A DNA stretch of 63,096 nt, the filler included, from Octopus bimaculoides (taxonomy: Eukaryota): assembly GCF_001194135.2 (NCBI RefSeq). It is 4 parts of 4 records of this genome, joined end to end, with 100 filler letters (N's around TTAATTAATTAA, not from the genome) between each part and the next. Parts side by side here need not be neighbours in the genome. Positions count along the whole stretch, not along the records: positions 22,590 to 45,282 come from NC_068981.1; 3 more parts are not named here. One strand, given 5' to 3'. Made by a program: the position numbers and the translations under genes. The stretch's first letter is position 1; each line of letters opens with the position of its first letter. Below the pieces are notes generated by a model. It did not search any database. It saw only the letters and a program-made list of their open reading frames with translations, and was not told the DNA's origin. Below are positions 23,232-35,862 of the stretch, one piece after another.

Positions 23232-25664
23232 GTAAGTATCTGAAATAATTACCATACATATTCATGTAAAAGTCATTTCTCAGGCCAAATTTGGGGGTTA
23301 ACTTTGGCTATTACATGGATATTTCTTTTGAAGAGCTGAATTTCATTGTACAATCCAAAATATCTTAACAGTAGCAGAGCCTCAAATGATCTTTTAAATG
23401 ATTTTTGAAGAACAAAAGTGAATTACAGTAAATTATACTGGTAAATGTTATACTCTAGCATATATATGAAATAATGTTGTGATGTATTTGTATTACAGAA
23501 ATTTAGTACAGGAATTGCTGATTCATTGCATCAGACTTTATAAACATGAATTTGAGATGGGAAACAGTAACAAGCTCACTGATAAGTCTGCTACCACATA
23601 TCTATCATTTGCTGGACAATTCATTGCCATTTCATTGCCTCAAATTAGTTACTATAATTTTTATTTCAGCTACATTTTTGCCTTGTCTTAGTGTCTACTC
23701 TGTTTTAAACAGGATCCAACCACATAGTTGTGATACACACTTCTTAACTATACAGTTATGTTTGTACTATTTATGTATAGATAGATATATATGCATATAC
23801 ATATATATAGACACATATAACTGGATGCAAGCATGACTGAGTGATCAAAAAGTTCCCATGGCATCTTGAGTAAATCCCTTTATCATAACCTCAGATCAGT
23901 TGTAGTCATATGAGTGAATTTAAATAGACACAAACAGTGTAGAAGTTCATAGGATAGGCTGCACTTGTCATCCAAAGATTCAGCATTGTCATACGTCATG
24001 ACATATTGATTCTACATCAAAATTATATTAAGATTACATACATCTGTTGAATACTCAGCAACTTCTCACATTAATTCAATGAATTGGTCAAGTTTATTGA
24101 ACAATTGGATGGTCATAAGTCAAAAAATAATGGGAGAGTCTATCAAATACATAAATACTACATATCCATCACTGGAACTGTAAAAATCTGTAAAATTTTC
24201 CAGGAGTTTATTGTTTAAGTATATATGAACATGTCTAGGTATGCAAGTTTATGCATAGTGACTTTAGTGACAACTGTACTTGTTGCATATCGGTTCTAAA
24301 TTGCTAATAACTACCTTAATAATTTTTATATATATACACACACATATATATAGATAGGTAAGAAATAGGATATAAACTTCTTGTGTAGCAATAAACATTG
24401 TCAAAACCCAAATTTATTTCCTTTGAAACTTGAACAAAAAGTAAATCAGTTAAAAGGGAAGTCTTAAAATAGTTGTGTGTTAATTTCCTTTCTTATGAAA
24501 TGGTCTGACAAATAACAAGAAACAGAGAACAAACTCATAATATATAAGTGACAATATTGTCAGTATTTCAACATATTTGTTTTGAAACTTGAACAAAAAG
24601 GTAAAGTGGTCTAGAAATCGGACTCCAAATACTTGCCATGTTCTTAGAAGACCACTTATAAATATAACTTTCAGTCAATAACTCTCTAAATGCAACTAAT
24701 ATATTCATTGCTTCTTCTTTTTTCTTTTTTTTTTTAGTTCTTTTGTTGTTCTAGTCATTCATTCAATGGTACTTAACTAAATAAAACCATTTTATTGGAG
24801 GGAGGGTTCTATTTTCTTTAGTTACATAACTTCAATGTGCAGAAAATATTTAAAAGAGAAAATTCCACTATTTTTCCATCACTACTACCATAATTGTCTG
24901 TTTTACTGTTACTCTTTATGTTTTTCTTCTTTTATTTTTTCCTTTTCTTTCAGCCCTTCTCTTCTCTACTTTTTGCTAATTTATCTTCATCTTCCTCCCA
25001 ACCCTTCTTCCTTTTCCTCCTTCTCTTCTTCTCCTCTTCCTTCTTCTCCTCCTCTTCCTTCTCCTCCTCGTCCTTCTCCTCCTCTTCCTTCTCCTCCTCT
25101 TCCTTCTCCTNNNNNNNNNNTTCCTTCTCCTCCTCTTCCTTCTCCTCCTCTTCCTTCTCCTCTTCCTTCACCTCTTCCACATCCTCCTTCTCTTCTTCTA
25201 CCTTCTATTTTAGTGAACAATACACTAAACCCTGTAGATCAAAACAGTTCTGGGGTACATGGCCATTACTTCTTTATTTATGTTAATTCTTATGTTTGGT
25301 GCAGATGGCACTGATGTTAGAAAAACAAAAATGCATATTTCATATTGGTGCCTCCTGTTGTATTCCTCCCACCAACAATTCCAATTCAAATCCTTTACTC
25401 AATAAGACCTTTTTACCTTTCTGGTATTAATTAGAAGTCTTCCAACTATGACCATCCCATCTTTTTCATACATTGTATATTGACATATTCAATGTGGAAG
25501 CATCTACAGTAATGGACTTCATCAAACATACAAGTCTTAGATACTACTTGGAAATTAAGTCCTCGCAGAGGTAGTTCTATAGTCTGATAGTTTACAGGAC
25601 TTGCCATATATACATATATCTGTGTGTGTTTGTGTGTGTGTGTGAGAGAGAAAGAGAGACAGAC

Positions 25665-25696
<32 letters not shown>

Positions 25697-28600
25697 GGAC
25701 AGACAGGGACAGACAGACAGAGAAAAATCAGCATCCTTCTATATAAATATAAGACACAAATACACACACACACACCCCCACACAATAGTCTTATTTTATC
25801 TTCTGTCTACCAAATCCACTTAAGATCCGAGCGAGATCATTGCCAGTGCCAATGGACTGGCTCTTGTGCAGGTGGCACGTAAAATACACCATTTCGAGCT
25901 TGGCCGTTGCCAGTACCCGCCTGACTGGCCCTCGTGCCAGTAGCACGTAAAAGCACCAACTACACTCTCGGAGTGGTTGCCGTTAGGAAGGACATCCAGC
26001 TGAAGAAACTCTGCCAAATCAGATTGGAGCCTGGTGTCGCCTCCTGGTCCACTAGTCCTCAGTCAAATCGTCCAACACATGCTAGTATGGAAAGCGGACG
26101 TTAAACGACGACGATGATGATGATGATGATGCATAGGTCAGCCTTGGTCATCCTTTATAGATATATAAGGTCACACCATCCTAAGCGACTTCTGTATATC
26201 TATAAATGCAGTAATTTCAATAATATTATAATCAAGATAAGTTATAATAGTATAAGGACAAGATGTTACCATATTTTCTTCCAATTTACTTCTGCTTTTT
26301 CATTATTTTATTTATCATTTACACTTACCCTAATTTGTCATCATCATCATCATCATCGATTTAACATCCACTTTTCCATACCTGCATGGGTTGGACAATT
26401 ATATAATTATCACTGATTATATCATTTGATTAGATATGAAATTGTTGCAATTTAAAGTGTCTTTTAATCAAAACACATAAATCAATATATTAAATCAACT
26501 GAGAAAACAAACAGAGAAATACAGAAAGTAAATTGTAACAAAGCAACAACTCTTTCGCTAATGGCCAGGCGCCATGTCATGGTTATTTGAAAAGTTATAT
26601 TTAGTTCTGAGAGTCAACTGCACCATCTTTCTATCACAACACACCCACGTCGCTGTTTCATCAATGACATTGCAAGTTCTAGAAGCAAAATCCTGTTTCA
26701 TGAATAACAAAAGAAGCTGGTCCTGTGTAAACTTTGCTGATATAATCTTCAGAAAGATCAACTAAGATTAAATGTTGACTGATTTTAAATTAGCTGATTT
26801 CAGTGATGTTGGCTGGGAGACACAGTAAAGAAAGAATGAAGACATTGCAGCAGCAACAAAACAAAAGACACACAAAAAAAAAGGAAGCAAAACAGAGAAA
26901 CAAAAATAAAAAAAAGAAGCATTTTGATGAATAATTCCTAGCTTAGTTGCAATTCGGTATGAAGAAAAATATTGATTCCTACATAGCTAATAGCCGTTAT
27001 AACTCATTTTTGATGGGAAATAATCATTCTCTACTCCTCGATGATTATAATTTGAGATGATGGCCTGGAAATATTCTCATTATACAAGGAATTTCTGATT
27101 GCAAACCCACCTCTGCATGGTAACAGTTGACAATGATGTTTATTCCAGCACACTGTGGTCAATGCCATTATATTGCAACAGTTACACATATTTGAATTAT
27201 GTTGTTGTAGATATTACTGTTGTTGTAGATATTACTGTTGTTGTTGTCATTGTCTCAGTCAACTTTCTCAAAATTGCTGTTGCTGCTGCTGTTGTTAAGG
27301 TTTTTTTAGCCCCAGGTCAGTTCTGAATGAACAGATCCATGATCAATAGCATTCCAACCATCACCATTCTGTCTCTGTATATCTAAGACTGCTATTTAAT
27401 GTTCCTACCTGTTCCAAGCTGGTAGATTGTAATTTGAGGGAAATTTGGCTGCTATTTCTACCAGATTGAAAGAACCATATAGAAGCTCCTTTATCAGCTT
27501 GGCTTAGTGTTATAGTTATATCTGATGTTGTTTTTGTTGTTGCATTCAGTTTTATGGAATCAGAAACCTTGTTAAAATTGATACCACACAGCCTTGAGAT
27601 ATTGTATTGAGTTCATTGTGACATACTGGGGTATAGCACTGCAGTAGTGAATAATTGTGTAGTGCAGTGAGATGTAGTGAAATGCACAGAATGCAGTTTA
27701 GTGTTGTGTAATGTGATATGATTGGTTTAGTACGATAATGATGTGGTATTATGTAATGTTGTTATGTACTGTGTAGGACAGTGTGGTGTGGCAAAGTACA
27801 GTGTAGTGGATTGTTTGGTAGTGTGGTGTAGTACTAGAGCATGTACTGTGGTGAGATTGATATGTGATACAGAGAAACAGTATTTAGACATTGAAGACAA
27901 TTCAGAGTTGTCTCTCTTGCAGTACACAGAGTTGATGATAGCCAGGTAGTTAGAAATGTATTCACAGTTCTGCCAAAAGAGCGTGCCTTGATATGATCAT
28001 TGGTGTTTTTCAACACCTAGTGCATAAAACAAGAAAGGTTGTCCATGGCAAATTAGCAGTGAATACAGCCTTTATACAAGTCAAATATGTCCCAAACATA
28101 TTTTTTAGCTGTTTGTTTATTTAGATACCATATTTCAATTAACAAATTGTTTTCTCCTACTTTCAGGCATTTTAACAATTATCAATGTACTGAGTGTGCG
28201 GGCAGCAATGAGAATACAAGATTTGTTCACCACAGCAAAAATATTGGCTCTTGTGATAATCATAGTGGCTGGTGTAGTCCAGCTTGGTAGAGGTAAGTCG
28301 ATTATCAATTATTTACTTTTATATTTCACTTGGTGACAAATAGTGTTGTCCAAAGATCCAGTCATTGCATGTATGATAGCAAGAGTAACAAGGGAGTATA
28401 TGTGCAACATGGCATAAAACAAATATCACCAGGAATTTCATTCAAAAAGTACCAGTTTTTCATTTTTATTATCTATCTTTATATCTTTCACCAATATACA
28501 TCAGCAAAAGATATCCAAATGTCACTTACAAGACATCAATCAACCCTAGGCTTTGGTATAAGGGACCTTGCTCTAGGATCAAACCTCAGAATCATATGGT

Positions 28601-31600
28601 TATGAAGCAAAATGCTTAACTACACAACTAACTATAATTCATTTCATTTAATCTCATTCAAACACTATCAAAGGCCATGTGTCTGAGCAATTAATGAACT
28701 AAGCCAACACATTTTTTTAATATAACTGATTTTACATAACTTCTGTCAAGAAAAGGTGAAGACAAATGTTACTCTCAATATGCTGGATGAGCAAATAATG
28801 TTAGGAAGGTATACATTTGTAAAAACATAGGTAAAATATTTCCTGCATCATCATTATTGTTTTAATATATGTTTTCTGATGTTGGTTTGTTTCAATAAAT
28901 TGCTAATATAAATTACTTCACATATTTCTTCTCAAAAATCAGTAACTTATTTTCTTTCTTAGGTGAAGTACAGTTTTTTAAAGAACCATTTGAAGGCACA
29001 AGTATGAGTGCAACAAAAATATCCCTGGCATTTTATTCTGGACTCTACTCCTATTTTGGATGGTATGCATTTTTCTCAACCATATATTTTTATAGTTTTA
29101 TAGACTCAAAATATTTTTACCCACTTTTTTAAGCAGAAGCTACACCTAGTATAAATCAACCAAAAAGTTCTGTTAACATCGGCCAAAATGTCACGTATCA
29201 ATAGTTAACAATGTAATCATGACAAGCTGTCCTTGAATATTTTTGTAAGGTTAAGGAAGTCATGTTTTCATAGATATGAAAGTTTTTTACTCTGAAACTA
29301 AAAACTGATATTACTAAAAGACTTCACTTAGGTATGGTGCTATGTAAAAAGCATCCAGTACACTATGCAAAGTGGTTGGCATTAAGAAGAGCATCCAGCT
29401 ATAGAAACCGTGCCAAAACAGACAATTGAAGCCTAGTGCAGCTCTCTGGTTTGGTAGCTACTGTCAAACCATCCAACTCATGCCTGCATGAAAAACTGAC
29501 GTTAAATGATGATGATGATGACGACAACGACAATAATGACGACAATGATGATGACGACAATGATGATGATGACAACAATGACAACGACGACGACGGTGGT
29601 GGTGGTGATGTAGATATTTAAATTAATCCTATCATATTTTTTTTTTTATATTTAAAATTCTATACAATTTTATTTTAAACTCTGTTTTAGTATATTAAAC
29701 AAAATAAATTTTTAATTTGCTGATTCTGTTTTTCAGGAATTTTTTGAATTTTGTCACAGAAGAGCTTGATGACCCTTACAGGTAATATTTTCCTTTCTAA
29801 AAAATACCAAAAAAAAGAAAATTATTTTTTTTCATTTGGCTTTTAGTTGTTAACTTGATATTCTTTTACTCTTTTATTTGTTTCAGTCATGTGACTGTGG
29901 CCATGCTTAAGATATATCTAGTTAACTTTCTGACTCTTCCACATGCTTGCATTATCTGTATGCAACAGCACACAAACTCTGCTACAGTAAACAAAACCCT
30001 TGCAAACATTGATCAGCTGACTGTGGCACCTTTTCTTTACATACTTGTGGCTTGTGCATATGTGAGAAATCATTACCCTATGTAACACGATTTTTGTCTT
30101 TAAATAGCAACTGTTCTATTTGCTGACCCCCTAAAAAGTATGAAAAATGGCTAATATTTCCTTCAAACTTTTCGTTTGTTATGATATTTATTCGAACTTC
30201 TCAACACATGACTATAATACTCTCCCACCACTTCTGCTCATTATCAGAGATGCACATATTGTCAGTCACTAAGGGACATGCTCAAGTGGTTAAGGTCAAG
30301 CAATTGACAAGCAAGTCTGTGGTACTGAGCAGAACATTTGCTATAACAATATTTCTGCTTCAGCAACTCAGCACTGAAAATAGGTCAGTTTCAAAACATT
30401 GATGTCCAGATCAAGAACAAGAAAGCAATTGTCCAAGAGCAGGTACAATTTCTCTAACTGGCTCCCACATGGTTTTCGTCCATCCAAATTCACTCAAATG
30501 TCTTAGGTCAGTCCAAGTCTATGTTAGAAAACACTTTTCCAAAGCTCCAGATAATGGAATCAAACTCAGAAACACGTGGTTGCAAAGCAAACTTCTTAAC
30601 CACATAGCCTTGACTGCACACATTGCAAAACCAAAATAAATAGATCTTAAAGAAGTAATTAAGAGAAAACATTGTTTAATTTATTGTTAATTCTTATAAT
30701 TTACTTGAATCAGTTTTATTGCAATGAAGAAGAGAAAATTGTTCACTTTATCATTAGGATTTATTGAAGTCAAAACATGGAATTAACTTATTTTTCTCCA
30801 ACTGAATATTGTTAAGTAATATCTATTACTTTTGAAATACCTAATGATAATTATTTCTCATTAAAGGAATTTACCCCGAGCTATCTACATCTCACTTCCA
30901 TTGGTAACTGGTCTCTTTGTGTTGGTTAATATAGCTTACTTCACTGTTGTCTCTCCTTTTGAAATACTTCATTCAAATGCAGTTGGTGTGGTAAGTAATT
31001 CCTAATTTATTTCTATAATAAAGTGTGTGTGTGTGTGTGTGTAAGGGTAAAGACCCTCTCCAGTCATGAATGATCATAGGATTGCACCTAGAAAGTTCCC
31101 CTCCGAGGCACAAGTCTAGGTAAGGTTGTTTATGGAAGACCAGCAGTCGTCCATGCATACCTGTCGCCCCTCTCCATGCCAGCAATGTTGGAAAGGTAAA
31201 GGCCAATACAGCTTGGCACTAGTGACATTGCAACTCATTTCTACAGCTTTATATATCCATATATATAATACACAGCTTGTGTGTGTGCGCGTATGTTATT
31301 TAAGCATTTGAAAACTTAGTTGTCAATTTTGATGTGTGGGGTATCAAAAGATTCAGTAATCTTTCAGATACCAAATGAACTTTATTTTCATTTACATTTT
31401 TGCATTACAAAAATTTAGCATTATAATCTTTCTATAAGTCAACTATCGTAAACAGCATTTTATACCACAACAACGACGACAAGGTCACATCTATATCTAT
31501 ATATATTAGCAGATGTCTGTGTATTTGTATGTCTGTGCATAATGCCAATGAGGGAGTGAGAGGGGGGAATAAAGAAACAGAGAAGCAAAGTGAGGAAGTG

Positions 31601-31687
31601 ACTCTTTATTTCTCCTCCTCCCCTACCTCATTCATCACAACGTTTATCGATAGAGGGAGAAATGTAAATAATGTGTGTGAGTGAGTT

Positions 31688-31732
<45 letters not shown>

Positions 31733-32840
31733 AACAAACATAGACTAAAAGAGAGGAACTATTACAGGGGGTGAGAGAATATGTGTGAGTGAGAGAAACA
31801 CAGAATAAGAAAAAGACAGAGAGAAGGAAACAGAAAAAGAAAGCAAGATTCTATAGGAGAAGTTGAAAGAGGGAGGGACAGTGGGAGAGAGAGAGAGAGA
31901 GAGAGAGACGCTAATGTTTGATACTGTATGTTCTATAAGTGAAAGTGAAAGAAAGCCTGCACAAAGAGAGGGGGAAATCAGGAGAGAAAGAGATGCTGTT
32001 TGATACAGCATGTCATCATCATCATCATCATCATCATCGTTTAACGTCCGCTTTCCATGCTAGCATGGGTTGGACGATTTGACTGAGGACTGGTGAAACC
32101 GGATGGCAACACCAGCCTCCAATCTGATTTGGCAGAGTTTCTACAGCTGGATGCCCTTCCTAATGCCAACCACTCAGAGAGTGTAGTGGGTGCTTTTACG
32201 TGTATGTAGTGGGTGCTTTTACGTGTGTATATGTTTATGTTTTAATTTTCAAAAATTTTAATTTACAAAATGTTTCCAAAAGAAATGTTTTCACTCTCTA
32301 CAAGAGGAGAGGGGATAGATGTAGATTCTACAGTGAAGCAAAGACGAGTACAGGTAGCCACAGTAGGGTCACTAGAGACCTCTGCACAATGGCATCAAAG
32401 ACATGAAAATGACTGAAGGAGAGCTGCTGCATGTAGGGCCAATGAGTCACAAGAGACAAGAGAAAAACAGTTACAGCAATTATGTCAACGAAATGCAATC
32501 TGCAGGAGCCAAAAGTCAAAAAAGGAAAGAAAAAATGTTTAAAGGATGCAAGACAAAGACAAGCTGCCAGAGTTGTCAACAAGACAATAGGTCAGTGATA
32601 GATGAGAAATAAAAAAACCAGCAGCAAATAGTTGCTGCAAGAATTTGTCTGTCCTCAGAGGAAAGACATAAGCGTCTTCATCAAGATAGGGTGAATACAT
32701 TTGACAAAAAGTTGCACCTTTTAAGGCGACTTAGAAAAGGTCAGCTTTCAACTACGATCCAAAACATAATTATTCTACAGAAATTGATATACGGTATTGT
32801 TCGTGTGGTCTTCCACCCTTATGTATCCATTCTTACTATA

Positions 32841-32880
<40 letters not shown>

Positions 32881-33265
32881 CAGGCTTCTTTCAAGATCTG
32901 TCTGCCAAATCCACTCACAAGGCTTTGGTCATCTGGGGTGTGTAGCGGAATGCACTTTTCCAAGATGCCATGCAGTGGAACTGAGTCCAGTGCCATATGG
33001 CTTGGAAGCAATCTTCTTACCACACACCGACACCTGCACCATACTTATAAAATAAAAGTGTCTTTGTATCTATCTTATAAATAATTTCAGTTAAATTTCC
33101 TGTTACACATTTGTTTGTATTTCATTTAATTTCCAGATATTTGGAAACAGACTCTTTGGTGTAATGTCTTGGATTGTTCCAATATTTGTGGCTTTGTCAA
33201 CATTTGGAGGAGTGAATGGAATGCTCTTTACTTCTGGCAGGTAAAACACAAATGCACGCATGCTT

Positions 33266-33304
<39 letters not shown>

Positions 33305-35831
33305 CATACCCAACAGACAAATATTAAAAATAGCACAAATTCCATTTTGGTGTCATTAAAACTTATGCATATATACTCTTATCTACACACATGCACACAG
33401 ACACTCAGGTACACATTCTCTATCTCATACACACTCTTTCTCTTATACACACACATACACACTCTCTCTTATTATCTCTCTCTTTCTCTCCCTCTCTCTC
33501 TTTCTCTGGCATTCACACTTTGTCCCTCCCATGAGCTCTGTCTCATACACACACAGACACATATACACATCAAATTATTCACACACACACACTCACACAC
33601 ACACACACACACACACATACACATACAGAAGCACAAACACACTGACACACTTTCACTCACAAATCATAAAGTAATGCATGTCTCTCCAGCCACTGTTACT
33701 TGGTTAAGCAATGTTCAAATTAAGACTTTTTATTTCCCTATGTGGTTAAAGCATGAATTTCTTTTAGTTATAATATATTCCACTACATTTATTTAATTAT
33801 TGCTTGAGACACTTGACACCTGTCACTCATGATATCTTCATTATTTTCTTGTAGACAAACTGCTTCCCCCACCCCTATTTATCAACCATGAACTCAACCT
33901 ATATTGAGGAAGGGCTTGGATAGTAATTAACAAACAGGATCTATTTTCCAGAAAAATGGTTCAATCTAAAATCTTTTGTGATGTGGCAACACTAAAAATA
34001 TAATTTACCAGTTACAAAAGCAATTTAATTTCACTGATTTCACCAAGAAGAGAACAATGACCCACCAAAGGAGTACTGATATAGGCTAGATTTCTATCAG
34101 CTAGTTCTGAATTCCCTGCTAAAATTCCTACATATTCTTTTGTTGATAAAATTAGTATTGTTAAAATTAGATTCAGTTACTGTGGAATGTGATCACAAAT
34201 TAGATAATTTATAGTGTATAGAAGTTTGCTGCATGAAATGAATACTTGTTTCTCTTGGATATCATTATATCCTCTGTCGTTAATATTTAGCCCAAGGAGG
34301 GCAGTGTGCTGGCAGAATTGTCATCATGCCAGGCAAAATGCTTTGCAGCATTTTGTTTGTCTTTACATTCTGAATTCAAATGCTGCCTGAGATGACTTTG
34401 CCTTTCATCCTTTTGAGGCTGATAGATAAGTACCAGTTGATCACTGGAATTAATGTAATCAGCTTACCCCCAATCCTGAAATTACTGGCCTTGTGCCAAA
34501 ATTTAAAACCAATATTTAACCCCAGGCTAACTCTGGACAAGATCTATAATGAAAATTTTATACTGTAGGGACATATTTCTATTTCTATGCCATACATATT
34601 CTACCATTGCTGGCTTTGTTATTTCATGATTTTAAATTATTCAATGCTCTGTGATTCTAATATTTAATGTTTATAAAGTGGCAAACTGGCAGAATCATTA
34701 GCATCCCAAGCAAAATGCTTAGTGACATTTTATCTGTCTCTACACCCTGAGTTCAAATTCCACCAGGGTTGACTTTGCCTGTCATCCTTTCAGGGTCAAT
34801 AAAATGAGTACCAATTGAATATTGGGTCGATGTAATCTACTTAGCCCCTCTCTCGAAATTGGTGTCCTCATGCCAAAATGGGAAACCAATATTTAGAGCT
34901 ATCCTATTTCACTTTTTAAGTTCTACTCAATGTACACAGGATATACCGTAAATCCTCGAGTATAATCCACACTTTTTTCCCAAAATTTAAAGGTCAAAAT
35001 TTCTAGTACGTACTATATACGAGGTTAAAAATGAAAAATATTTTCTAAGCAAAATTTTCTAAGTGACAAATATGTAAAGGTAATTTACTTAATATTTATT
35101 TTTCACTGACGTTATTACTGTTATTTCTTTATTTTCTGCAAACAAAGTGCACAAAAAACCTACATGTTTGCATTATGTTATATATACAATAATAATAAAG
35201 GACGTTACTGTATATACGTTTACAAACCAAGGATGTTATATAGACCTTCTTGACTCAAGTTAGAGAAGGGGTGTGTATTATACACAAGGTTTAAGTTTTT
35301 CAGAGGTACAGCCCTCTAAAAATCCCCTGTGAATTATTCTCAAGGGCGGACTATACTCAAGGATTTACGGTATAATTTTCTTGTCACTCATTTCTTGAAT
35401 AAATATCATTCTGGGAAAAAACTTCAGAATGTAGTGTTTGTCCTGGACAGTATTCTGAGGATAAATGACTGTTAAATACATGTCTTCTTAGATATATCCT
35501 TACAATAAGGTTACATCAATGTGGATTTTAGTTTTTACCTCCACCAATTATTATCATTATTATTTTTTGTATAAAAGTATTGAAGGGTTAAAATATGAGT
35601 CTAAGAGTCCAACAGGTATTTCGTTTTCATATCAGTAAGATGTCTATAAGCTTAAATTCACTTACCTGTAGGGAATGTGTACCACATTTTCTGGAAACAT
35701 TCTTCAGCTTCATAAATACTTGGTAAATGCAATAATAAACCATTAAAGAATATACTTGCCTAAAAAACAAAAATACTGCAGATGGTTTATCTGTCTAAAG
35801 GAGTACAAGGAGTCTTGTTTAATCCAGATGC

Positions 35832-35862
<31 letters not shown>

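Noticed and set aside
26558-26765. Short ORFs resembling integrase or transposase fragments
   Set aside because: No motif matched well enough to assign a family.
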